A DNA stretch of 63,707 nucleotides, counting the filler, from Saprolegnia diclina VS20 (Eukaryota): the NCBI RefSeq assembly GCF_000281045.1. It is 5 parts of 3 records of this genome, joined end to end, with 100 filler letters (N's around TTAATTAATTAA, not from the genome) between each part and the next. Parts side by side here need not be neighbours in the genome. Positions count along the whole stretch, not along the records: positions 42,704 to 60,525 come from NW_008246220.1; 4 more parts are not named here. One strand, 5' to 3'. Positions 47,934-57,639 of the stretch are shown here, piece by piece; the first letter of the stretch is position 1, and every line of letters starts with the position of its first letter. The notes under the pieces were generated by a model, which did not search any database, was not told the origin of the DNA, and saw only the letters and a program-made list of their open reading frames with translations. The translations under genes and the position numbers were made by a program.

Positions 47934-49073
47934 ATGGCACTGTGCGTCCTTGGCACCGCCGAGCTCGTTTCTGCTATCGCGAGCTTCCAGCGCGGGCTCC
48001 ACGGCGACACGCTCGATCTCCTGCACGAGCTCGACGTCGTCGATATCCCGTTCGACTCGGACGCGAGCCTCGTTGCTATTGCCGAGACCCTCGCGACCGC
48101 CTTTGCCAGCGTCCACCGCACCTTTCTGCCATGGCTCGCTCGCCGCGGCCAGGCGCCGTTCGCCCACGTCTGCCACGTCAAGCACCTCCGCCACGAGCTC
48201 CTCTACTTTGCGCTCGCGTACGGCCGCGTCGACATCATGCAGCACCTCGCCAAGACGGCGCGCATTTTCTTGTCGCCCGCGCGCCTCCAGTCGCTCGCGT
48301 CCTCAACTGCGTCGTCCGAGGTCCCGTACGCCATGCTCCGATCGATGCGCGACGGGTTCCGGCCGCTTCGACTCGACGTGTGCAGGAACGCACTTGGCGT
48401 CGCCTGCGTCCTGGGGCACCTTCCGCTCGCCCAGCACTTGCTCGAGCACCGGATCACGGGGCGCGCATGGGAACCCTCGAGCGCCGTAGCGATCTGTTGG
48501 AAAGGGCACCTTGACGTCGCGCGATACCTGTGCGAGCACGCGTACGCAGGCTTTGGCGCTGACGCCGCCGCGGCTGCCGCTGGCAACGGCCATGTCGAGC
48601 TGCTTGTGTTCCTCCTCCGCCACACAAGAGACGATGGCAGTGTCCTGGATGCTGCGCTGGTTGCTGCGGCGAAATTTGGCCGCGTCGACGTCCTCGCCGC
48701 ACTACATGACGCCTTATGTGACATTGCGCTGGCAGCGGTGCCCGCCATCACATACGACCAAGTGGGCGTCCTGCGCTTTGTCCTCGCGCGCCAATGCGAA
48801 AGCGTGCCTGCCCAAGCGCTGGAGCACGCGGCGACGCTCGGACGCCTGGATGCTGTGCGGCTATTACACGAGTTTGGCCTTGTGAGCCACCGACAGCAAG
48901 CGCTTCTCGCCGCCGTCGCCAACGGACACGAGCCTGTCGTTCGGTACTTGTACTCAGGTGCGGCGTCCGACTTGAGCACGGCAGCAGCCATCAAAGTGGC
49001 TAAGCGAGCCAAGCAACAAGAGGTTCTGCGGTACCTCAAGACGCAACGGACTGACGACTGCCGCGTCCAATGA
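47934..49073 (+). CDS. Ankyrin-like repeat family protein
   Basis: MALCVLGTAELVSAIASFQRG..FLPWL; repeats AAGNGHVELL, AAKFGRVDVL, AVANGHEPVVRYL. Confidence 0.85.
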   Translation: MALCVLGTAELVSAIASFQRGLHGDTLDLLHELDVVDIPFDSDASLVAIAETLATAFASVHRTFLPWLARRGQAPFAHVCHVKHLRHELLYFALAYGRVDIMQHLAKTARIFLSPARLQSLASSTASSEVPYAMLRSMRDGFRPLRLDVCRNALGVACVLGHLPLAQHLLEHRITGRAWEPSSAVAICWKGHLDVARYLCEHAYAGFGADAAAAAAGNGHVELLVFLLRHTRDDGSVLDAALVAAAKFGRVDVLAALHDALCDIALAAVPAITYDQVGVLRFVLARQCESVPAQALEHAATLGRLDAVRLLHEFGLVSHRQQALLAAVANGHEPVVRYLYSGAASDLSTAAAIKVAKRAKQQEVLRYLKTQRTDDCRVQ

Positions 49074-49270
49074 CAAGAAAGGTGTTATGAGTGTTTGGCC
49101 GATCTAGTATATGTTCAATTAGCACTATATAGACGATAGAGGGACGACGTCATTCTTCTTGCTGCTACAGAGGGGCCCTGCCCTAGTCCTACCCGAACCC
49201 CTTCCTGGAACATTTTCCAAGAATCATTTTACCCAATCAGATGCTGGCATTTCTGACCGATCCAACTGCA

Positions 49271-50218
49271 ATGGCGTGCGTCCTGCGCTGCGCGGACCTC
49301 GTCCGCGCCATCGTGGCCTATCAGAGCGGCGCCTACGGCGACGTGCGACCACTGCTCCGCCTCCTATACAGCGTCCGCTTGCCGCGGCCAGCGGCGCTGA
49401 GCCTGCTTACCTACGCTCGCGACCTCCGGGCGGCCTACGCATCCTTCCACGACGCGTTTGTCCGCATAGACGGCGACTGGCGACGGCTCGCGGCGACACC
49501 CAAGGCCAGCGACGCCATGATGTACTATGCAATTGTCTTTGGCAACGTCGCCATACTTCGGCATCGCGATGCTTCAGGCGCGCCTTTCTTGACGCCTCTG
49601 GACGATACGGCCCACGAAGACGCGCAACTCGAGTACCTTCGCATTGCCTTGGACCCGTCGAGAGATCGGCGCGGGCGGTCGCAACGCACGAACGACCCGT
49701 CGCTGGTGCGCGCTCGCCTGAGCATGCGGTCGATTGAGCTGGCGTGCGTTGGCGGCCACCTCGACGTCATCGAGTACCTGCACCAGAACGACGCTGGCTG
49801 CGTCCAGATGCACCTCTGGGGCAAGATGGTGGCCGAGGCCACCGCCGCGGCGGGCCATGTGTCTGTGCTGCGCTACTTTCACGACCACGGCTACGAAGGC
49901 GCAACGCGCACCGCCATCAACGCGGCGGCGCGCTACGGGCATCTGCCCGTGATCGAGTACCTCGTCGAGACGTGTGGCCTCTGGTCTGACAACGCTATTG
50001 AGTGGGCGGCCCACTACCGCCACACGGACCTCATCCGCTCTCTCGCTGCGCGTAGCAATCATCGGCACGTCCAGGCTGCGCTTCATGCGGCGGTCGACCG
50101 CGGCGACATTAGGATTGTGCGCGCGCTCCGCGAGGTGCGACCAGACGTGGGCGTCCTGTGGTCCATGCTGCATGCGCTGGTGCACCACCACATCAACCTC
50201 TTTTGCAACGACATGTGA
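49271..50218 (+). CDS. Ankyrin-like repeat family protein
   Basis: MACVLRCADLVRAIVAYQSG; ACVGGHLDVIEYL, AARYGHLPVIEYL. Confidence 0.85.
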   Translation: MACVLRCADLVRAIVAYQSGAYGDVRPLLRLLYSVRLPRPAALSLLTYARDLRAAYASFHDAFVRIDGDWRRLAATPKASDAMMYYAIVFGNVAILRHRDASGAPFLTPLDDTAHEDAQLEYLRIALDPSRDRRGRSQRTNDPSLVRARLSMRSIELACVGGHLDVIEYLHQNDAGCVQMHLWGKMVAEATAAAGHVSVLRYFHDHGYEGATRTAINAAARYGHLPVIEYLVETCGLWSDNAIEWAAHYRHTDLIRSLAARSNHRHVQAALHAAVDRGDIRIVRALREVRPDVGVLWSMLHALVHHHINLFCNDM

Positions 50219-50276
50219 GTTGGTCTATAGTAGATAATAGCGCATGTAGTTATTAAGTTATTATTCGAGTGTACTC

Positions 50277-51281
50277 TCACTGGATGAAGCACCACGGATG
50301 GCGGCGGCGTCGCGGCGTCTCCTTCTTGACTTGGTCTTTGAGGATCGGGACGAGGACCCGCTCTTGGCAGTCCTTGGCGACGTCGAGCGCTTGCGTGGTC
50401 TGGAAGGTCGCGACGCGGTGGCGACAGAAGTACGTGACGATGTGCGAGAGCCCGTGGGCAGCCGCGAGGTTGACGGCGCGCTGGATAAGGTTGTCGTCCG
50501 TGCTCTCGACGACCCGGAGAAGGCGCAAGTCGCGGCTTGACCGCTTCCGGAGCCGCCACCGGTCGAGGACGCCGCGGCGCGGGCACTGCACGGTCTCAAA
50601 GACGTAGCCGTGCTCGATGAGGAAATCGCGGATCGCGCAGCGCCCGTCCGACTCGTTGTCGTACACGACGACGCACGGCCGGTCCCACGAGAGGTCAAGG
50701 TGGTAGTGCAAGTACTCGGCAATGTCCAAATGGTTGTGCTCGCACGCGAGGCGCATTGCGTCCGAGTCGGCGAGCGACCCGAGCTCGTGGAGGTAGCGGA
50801 CGATGCCGAGGTGGCCGGCCGCAACGGCGACCGAGAAGACGCGCGTCGAGTAGCCCTCGTAGCCGTGCGCCATCAAGAACTCGAGCACGTCCAGGTGGTC
50901 AAAGTACGCGGCGTAGCACCAGTGCGGCGACCGGACGTCGAGGCGGACGTTAGTGCTGAGGAATTCGAGCAGCGCCACGTTGCCGTAGAGGACGGCGTAG
51001 AAGACGAGGTGGTCGCGGTAGCTGGCGCGATGCAAGAGGAGACGCGCGAGGCCGTCGACGCCGTAGCGCTCAAACCACGCAGGGAAGAGCGCGTGGATCG
51101 GCGCGAACGCGCGGCGGCGGCGGTCGTCCTCGGGCGCGACGCCGGCCATGGGCCCGTAGACCTCAGTGGGCAGCGCGTGGTCGAGGAAGACGGCGAGGGG
51201 CACGAGCTCAAAGGGCCAGCCGACCTGGTACGACGCGACCTTGCGCACGAGCTCCGGCGTCCGCAGCACGTAGTCGGCCAT
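50277..51281 (-). CDS. Ankyrin-like repeat family protein
   Basis: MADYVLRTPELVRKVASYQVG; AVAAGHLGIVRYL, ACEHNHLDIAEYL. Confidence 0.85.
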   Translation of the reverse strand: MADYVLRTPELVRKVASYQVGWPFELVPLAVFLDHALPTEVYGPMAGVAPEDDRRRRAFAPIHALFPAWFERYGVDGLARLLLHRASYRDHLVFYAVLYGNVALLEFLSTNVRLDVRSPHWCYAAYFDHLDVLEFLMAHGYEGYSTRVFSVAVAAGHLGIVRYLHELGSLADSDAMRLACEHNHLDIAEYLHYHLDLSWDRPCVVVYDNESDGRCAIRDFLIEHGYVFETVQCPRRGVLDRWRLRKRSSRDLRLLRVVESTDDNLIQRAVNLAAAHGLSHIVTYFCRHRVATFQTTQALDVAKDCQERVLVPILKDQVKKETPRRRRHPWCFIQ

Positions 51282-51765
51282 CACAAACTGCTGCGATTGG
51301 GCACCGCCGCCCACAGTGGGTGTAACGAGGCGAGAAACGCGGTTCGATTTTCGCCAGTTGCACTGTCTGCCGCTGGCTCTTGCGCGACGGACGCCATACG
51401 CTCTGCGTGCTTGGCAGCTCGCCCCTCGGCCACTTGCAGCACCTTCCTCCAGCATGCGCGCATGGTCGCCTTCGCGCTACGCCCAGCGACTGGCGCTGTC
51501 CCCTTGGTACAGTACTCGTACACTGTACGGAGTAGTGGGTGACGCCAGCGCCATCACGCCCACCGATGTCATGTCGCCGCGCTCCGAACTTGATATAAAA
51601 GAGTCTCCGGTTGCAAGGGCACGCCCTTGGAACCCTCGCGACACGCGCTGGTGTTCTGCGGTCGTCAAGGACCGAAGGCGAGTACAGTACATGTACCACA
51701 CGTGGACCACTTGGCTGGACGGGTACACGTCATATATAAGAGCACAAATACTAGGAATACAAGGG

Positions 51766-52761
51766 CTACAGTGTGGCCTCGGGTGCGTGCTGCAGCAGGA
51801 GCGCGTGCACAGCGCGGCGCTTCCGAGAGGCAGCGAGGGTCGCGAGCGCGTGGAGGTCCAAGGCCGCACCATGCGCTTGCACGAGGAACGCGACAACGTC
51901 GCTGTGGCCGTGGACGACAGCTTCTTTCGCAGCAGCAGGCACGTCAACGCTCTCGCCGTCGTTGAGAAACTGCACGATCGCGGCGTGGCCGCTGCGCGCC
52001 GCCTCGAGAAAGGCCTGCGGTACGTGGCGGCGGTCGCGCGCTGCGAGGTATTGCACAACGTCGAGGTGGCCGCACTTGGCCGCCATTTCGAGGTGCGAGA
52101 CATGGAAGCCAAAGGCCGCCGATGCGTCAAAGTCGCCAAGACCTGCGTCCAGGAGAAACCGGAGTACTTCCAAATGCCCGTGAACGAGCACAAACATGAG
52201 CGTGTTGGGGTCCCACGCGCCGAGCCCGTGCCCGTGCAGAAAACGAACGACGTCGGCGTGACCGTTCGTACACGCCTCGTTGAGTGCGTCCTTGGCGGGC
52301 AGGATCCCGTGGGCAAAGATGCATTGGACAGCGGCGAGCGCACCCGTCTCAATCGCGTGGGCCATCAAGTGCTCGTCGCCGCCGTCGTAGTGACGATCGA
52401 GGAAGAAGCCGAGGACATCCAATAGCCCGACATCGACGACTAAGGCCCAGTCGGCCGCGCTGAGACGCACGGGCGCGGCCGCGTCGAGGAAGACGAGTAC
52501 GTCGAGGTTACCGTAGACGACTGCATAGTAGAAGAGATGGCGATGCAGCGATGCGGGGAAGAGGCCGAGGCTTGAGGTACCATGGCGGGCGAGCCACGGC
52601 TCGAGGCAGTCGTGGACGGCGGCGAACTGGCGCTCGTAGCTGCCTCTGCGCAGGCGGACACGGCGAAGCAGGCGGGTCGGCGGTAACACGTCTGGATGCA
52701 GACCGTCCTGGAAGATCGCGATCGTATGCACGAGGTCCTTCGTCCGGAGCACGCGGAGCAT
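51766..52761 (-). CDS. Ankyrin-like repeat family protein
   Basis: MLRVLRTKDLVHTIAIFQDG; ACTNGHADVVRFL, AAKCGHLDVVQYL. Confidence 0.85.
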   Translation of the reverse strand: MLRVLRTKDLVHTIAIFQDGLHPDVLPPTRLLRRVRLRRGSYERQFAAVHDCLEPWLARHGTSSLGLFPASLHRHLFYYAVVYGNLDVLVFLDAAAPVRLSAADWALVVDVGLLDVLGFFLDRHYDGGDEHLMAHAIETGALAAVQCIFAHGILPAKDALNEACTNGHADVVRFLHGHGLGAWDPNTLMFVLVHGHLEVLRFLLDAGLGDFDASAAFGFHVSHLEMAAKCGHLDVVQYLAARDRRHVPQAFLEAARSGHAAIVQFLNDGESVDVPAAAKEAVVHGHSDVVAFLVQAHGAALDLHALATLAASRKRRAVHALLLQHAPEATL

Positions 52762-54725
52762 CCTCGACGACTTGGGTGAATTCGTCTTTGGCTGCGTCGA
52801 AAGTGCACTTTGGTCTGTCTCAGTGATTCGGTGCTTCTGATTGGCTGAAATTCAGTGCTAAGATCTCGAGGTTTCTTAGCCTCCAAGTGTTGGCGGTCAA
52901 TGAGCTTAGTCGCTGAGTCCTTGGTCGAATATCTGGACCGCAAGGACGTGGCACTCGGTCGCCCCGTTGACTAGTCAAACTCGTGTGGCTCACGTCGTTC
53001 TTCAAAATGTACGAAGCTCCTTTCCATTTTTCTTTTTTCGTGGAGCACTCAAGGCACCGCCTCGCCAGGTCGCGCGGTCGACCACATTGCGTTCGAAAAT
53101 GAAATGACCAAGACTTTGCACAGTAGTAGAGGATGCTGTGGAGAGCACGAAAAGCGAGGTTGCGTTGACGTCCGAGGCGGTACTGAGACGCGATCGAAAA
53201 TTCAAATTAAGATCGTAGTGCCATCTTAGCCGCACTGAGCACACTAAGTTCGTAGTGCCTTCTTAGAGGCTCCAAGCCAGGGCGCCATCGCTCGCTCCTG
53301 GCTCTTCGCCACCACCGTCTGTGTAGATGCCATCTCCGCCACCACCTCTTGCGGCGTTTTGCCGGTCCAAGCGTACGCAACCCCGGCTGTTGTGCCGTCG
53401 GGGTTGGAAGACCACCGACACGAGCTTCTGCGCTTGAGGAGGATGCACCACTCTTCAAAGGCAAAACAAAGTCCGAATTCGATGAGCTTTTACAAGCTAC
53501 TGCTGGACCAATACATTGGAGCAGCGCCTATTGGCCAGTCTGGCGTCCAATCAGCGGACGGCAAGAGCTTGGCCCAATGGGCGACTGCCACGAGGTCCCA
53601 ACACCGGCTATGGTCCAAGCGTCATGTGATCGCCGCTTTGCAGCGCAGCTCACAGAAGCGGTCTCGGCCCTCCGCAACTTGCTGTGGCTCTCGATCAACT
53701 CATAGCCAGTAGCCGACTACGACTACGACGGCCGAGATCGATCCGACCACCGAGTCGATCCGGCCGCTTCAGGACAACCTCGTCAATACGGACAACGAAA
53801 GCAAAACGACGACGACGAGATGTCTGCGGCGAGGAGACTCGAGCAGCTCAAGAAGGAGCTCAGCATCGTGTCGACGTATGCCCAGGTTCCAGTCCCACTC
53901 ATCTCCAAATTGCACTGCACGCCGTCACGCGATGCCCTCAAGAGCGACTGAAAAACTCTTCGTTCGATACGCGGGGGTGCCAGGGCACCTGCTTGCATTA
54001 CGGCTCCAGCCACGGGGAGTGGTTGGCTGCTGGACGGGAGCCGGATGAGAGTGGTTTCACAGCTCCGCTCCCGAAAAGATTGTTTCGGTTCCTTGTGTCG
54101 CGAAACGCCCAATTGCTCAATCAAGACCGAACTGTTTGGGTTGCAACAGTGTTTGTGTCCGCCATGCCAGTAGTGGGCGAGGCTACCTATTTGACTAACA
54201 CTACCAATTTGGAAATTGCTTGACCTCGCTTGCTCTAGGCCTGGATCTTGGAGCATGTAACGTGTGTGCTTCTAGATTGCGGACTTCTAGATCGCTCGGC
54301 CTTGCGCAGGGTAAATAATAGCTATTATGTACCCATGGCCTTGCGCGCAAAACCTCGTTTACTTCTTGGAATCGGTCCTCCAGCAATACAAGCACAACGA
54401 ACGAGGCGGGCGGAGCCGATCGGAAGATGTCGTTCAGGCAAGGTTGAGTGCTCAAAGGCCAGGATTCGAAGGCAATTCGGGCGAATTTCGAAGTACAAGC
54501 AGCCTTGCAGCAAAAAAACATTATAACACGGTCTGTATTGTTTTTCGAGGATTTAATGCTGGCTAAATTTTGCAATACATTGAGCAATAAAAATACGAAA
54601 TATGTTTTACAAGCTAAACTGGTAATCATGGTCGGAAAAATCGAAGTTTCTTGTCGGATCACATATCACGAGTGCACGGTATCGCCACATCGCTAATATT
54701 CGATTGAAACAACCAGACTCAACGG

Positions 54726-54740
54726 CATTTCTCAATTTGC
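54726..54740 (+). promoter_or_regulatory. Oomycete core promoter INR+FPR-like motif
   Basis: CATTTC-TC-AATTTGC lies 43 nt upstream of ATG 54769 and fits YCAYTYY-n2-MWTTTNC except at the first base. Confidence 0.5.
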
Positions 54741-54768
54741 CGCGTCTTGCCCACCAAAGGTTGCGTCA

Positions 54769-56916
54769 ATGGCGTCGGCCGAGAGCAATTTGCCGCCTGC
54801 GACGCTGCAGATGCCGCCGGCCAATGGCGAGTCACCGCCGAGCCTCGAGCATGGCAACGAGGAGTGGGACACTGGTCGCCACGTTTTGAGAACGCTGCAA
54901 TCGCATGTGCGGTCGGCGCTGAAGATGCACGCGGACTACTTCGTGGACCCTGACGAGCCGCAGTGCCCGCTGAACTTGGTGTCGCGAAGAAACGTGCGCT
55001 TCAGCTCTCTCCTCCAACTACCCACCGGCGACGAAGAAGACGTTCCGGGCCTCATTCGACGCCGGCGACAGACGCAAGACACGGATGTCCGCCGCATCCT
55101 CAACACCTACCTGCGTGCCGGCTACGACTCGTCCATGGGTTGCATTTGTGTCATCCGGTCGCCGACGCCGTCCGACACGCCGTTGTACTACGTCATCGAC
55201 GGCAACCACCGTTTTGCAGCGATCCGAGCGATGACGACGACGCAGCGACAGGAATTTGTCGAGCGCAGCGGCTTCAAGGTGCCTCCCATTCGCGACGACG
55301 CTCCGGACGACTTTCTGCTGCCGATCGTGGAGCTCTCCGTCACGACGACGTGCGACGTCCAAGCCCAGGTCGCCGAGCAACGCAACAAGCATATCACGCT
55401 GGATCAGAGCTCGTACTACTCCTGCGCGCTGCTTGTCGCCGAGCACATGTCCAAGACGCTCGTCAAGCTGCGCCAAGACAAATGGTGGCGCGACTCGAGC
55501 CTTCCGTTGACGATGCCATGGCACGACGACGAACGGTGCAGCGCGCTGCAGGCGACGGGGTGGGTCTCTATCAACTCGACGGTGGCCAAATCGGCGGCTC
55601 TCTTGCACCGCACGGACCTCGTCGACTTCATGCTCCGAGAAATGGACGATCCGTTCTGCTTTCGGGCCAAATGCGGTCAGCGTATCTTCACAGACATCGT
55701 GGAGGTGACGCGGGACGCACTCGACTTTCTCATCTCCAAGGGCTTCGCTGACGTCGTGCCGCAGCGTGTGAAGAGCCCCAGAGACGTGCAGTCGCCAGAG
55801 AGCTTTACCCGGGATATGCTGCGCATCTTGGCTCACGTTCTCTGGCTGCACGAGTCGCGGCTGCTGCCCGAGATCAGAGAACGTGCCTTTTTGGAGAAGA
55901 TATGGCGCGACGACTTTACGGCGGCCGAGATCGATGGCTTCTTCACCAAGCCGCCGCCGTGGGTCGGGGCAAGAGTCGAGCTCGAGAAGGCTGCACGGCT
56001 GGTGGCCAAGGAGAAGGGCATCCGTGTACATGACGCAAAGAAGGAGCTACAGCAACGACAGTTCGTGACCAAATTCAACCGCAAGGCGGGAAGGCCGGCA
56101 CCGAAGGTCCCGAATAGCACTCCAGTTGACAAGACGACCATGGCTGTCGCGCGGGATACGTCGAACGCACCGCTGCGCTCTATACGTCTCGCTGCGCAGC
56201 AGACGCGTTGCGATGTGGATCTCACGGAGTCTTCCGACGAGCTTGTGCCACCTCCAACTACCGCCGCGCTGGCCCATCAAGACAACGATGCAGGGTCCGG
56301 TTTCGAGACGTCGTCCTGTGACAGCGACGGCGACAGCACCGACGACGAAAACGCTTCAAAAGAACCGGGCACGGGCGACATGGCTGCGCTGTCTGTGTCG
56401 AATCCAGGCAAGGAGGACGACGGCAAGAAGCGACGCGCCTCAGTCGCTGAGGGAGGACAAGAGCCCGATGTATCAAAGAAGGCGCGCCGCAATCATGCCG
56501 ACGAAGAGGCATTCGACTGGCCTGATCATGTCGATTTCAAGTCGAGCGTCGTCGGCGTGAGCGGGCCTGGGCACGTGGAGTTCCGGAGCCGCGAGCGCGT
56601 TGATGTCCCGCGATATACTGTGACTTCAGTTGACCAAGATGACGAGACGGGCATGGTCGTTGATTTTGACGAGGCGGACCCAGGAAAGTTCCTGGAGTCG
56701 CTCCGAGCGATTCACAAGGAGGCAGCGTTGAAGCATTCGCCCATGGTCAGTATCACCTTGACCTCTCGAGCGATGAAGGAGTGGCTGCGTCACGATGCAA
56801 GTCAACAGCAAGAAGAAACGTTGATTGGCGTTAGGATGACTCCTCTCGAAATGCGTTGCTTTTTGACATCCTGTGCGACATCGGACAAGTATAGCGTCCC
56901 ATCCTATTTCGTTTAA
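54769..56916 (+). CDS. 715-aa ORF with an N-terminal ParB/Sulfiredoxin-fold (ParBc-like) domain; remainder unknown
   Basis: Long, GC3-biased ORF. DVRRILNTYLRAGYDSSMGCICVIR...YYVIDGNHRFAAIRAM..LPIVEL matches the ParB_N GxxR motif. An acidic/NLS-like linker follows (KKRRAS, SKKARR). The 3' end may be spliced further. Confidence 0.7.
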   Translation: MASAESNLPPATLQMPPANGESPPSLEHGNEEWDTGRHVLRTLQSHVRSALKMHADYFVDPDEPQCPLNLVSRRNVRFSSLLQLPTGDEEDVPGLIRRRRQTQDTDVRRILNTYLRAGYDSSMGCICVIRSPTPSDTPLYYVIDGNHRFAAIRAMTTTQRQEFVERSGFKVPPIRDDAPDDFLLPIVELSVTTTCDVQAQVAEQRNKHITLDQSSYYSCALLVAEHMSKTLVKLRQDKWWRDSSLPLTMPWHDDERCSALQATGWVSINSTVAKSAALLHRTDLVDFMLREMDDPFCFRAKCGQRIFTDIVEVTRDALDFLISKGFADVVPQRVKSPRDVQSPESFTRDMLRILAHVLWLHESRLLPEIRERAFLEKIWRDDFTAAEIDGFFTKPPPWVGARVELEKAARLVAKEKGIRVHDAKKELQQRQFVTKFNRKAGRPAPKVPNSTPVDKTTMAVARDTSNAPLRSIRLAAQQTRCDVDLTESSDELVPPPTTAALAHQDNDAGSGFETSSCDSDGDSTDDENASKEPGTGDMAALSVSNPGKEDDGKKRRASVAEGGQEPDVSKKARRNHADEEAFDWPDHVDFKSSVVGVSGPGHVEFRSRERVDVPRYTVTSVDQDDETGMVVDFDEADPGKFLESLRAIHKEAALKHSPMVSITLTSRAMKEWLRHDASQQQEETLIGVRMTPLEMRCFLTSCATSDKYSVPSYFV

Positions 56917-57639
56917 TACAGCAGAAAATCGAGGAGTACTTATGGTATCTGCGATGTATCTTTGAGCCGCGGAGGTGGCAGCAAGGACACCGCCAGTAAG
57001 TACACCTCGCTTTGGGCGGCTGCAAGATGACGATCCAGAGGCAACAAGGATGATGGCGATGAAGCCAAGTTCATGGCGGTCAACGCCCTTCTCTATGTAT
57101 GCCTCAATGGTGCGGCGGCAGGCATCGCTCTACGCGACGTCTTGCATCGAGCTACAAGGTGGCACTTTGGCCGTCCAGGCGCTTGTGACGACCACGCAGC
57201 AGTCACGGGCAATTGGCTGAGGCGGACGACGAGCGCTCTTCTCAATCTTAACCAAGGGATATAAAACAATCCCTTGGTCTTAACGCAGATTCGCATCGTG
57301 GATCATCGATTCACATTTGCGTAGGTGCGGCAGCGTATGACGGCTGGATCGCAAGGAGCTTGGACGTCGAGAGCGCGGTGGCCGCGACCTCGACGCTGCC
57401 AAGGAGATCGATAGCGGCGGCCACGACATCCGCGCCCACCACAATGCTATGGATTATCGATCGAGAGCACAAACACGACAGTTGTCTACGTCTTCGAGGC
57501 ATAATCCAGATACCGCGGCCAGTCACGTTCGGCATTTGCGTCATCAGCTGTCGCGCGCAGCTTGCAGGCCAGTCCAGTATGCCAGCAACTGCGACGTTTA
57601 CCGCAATTTCGTCCTGCCAGACTAATTATGCGTCCTCGT

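Noticed and set aside
56975..57220. Possible DNA methyltransferase tail after the ParB-like ORF (CIELQGGTLAVQAL..RAIG)
   Set aside because: Only a vague likeness. There is no DPPY/NPPY or FxGxG motif, and the reading frame is ambiguous.
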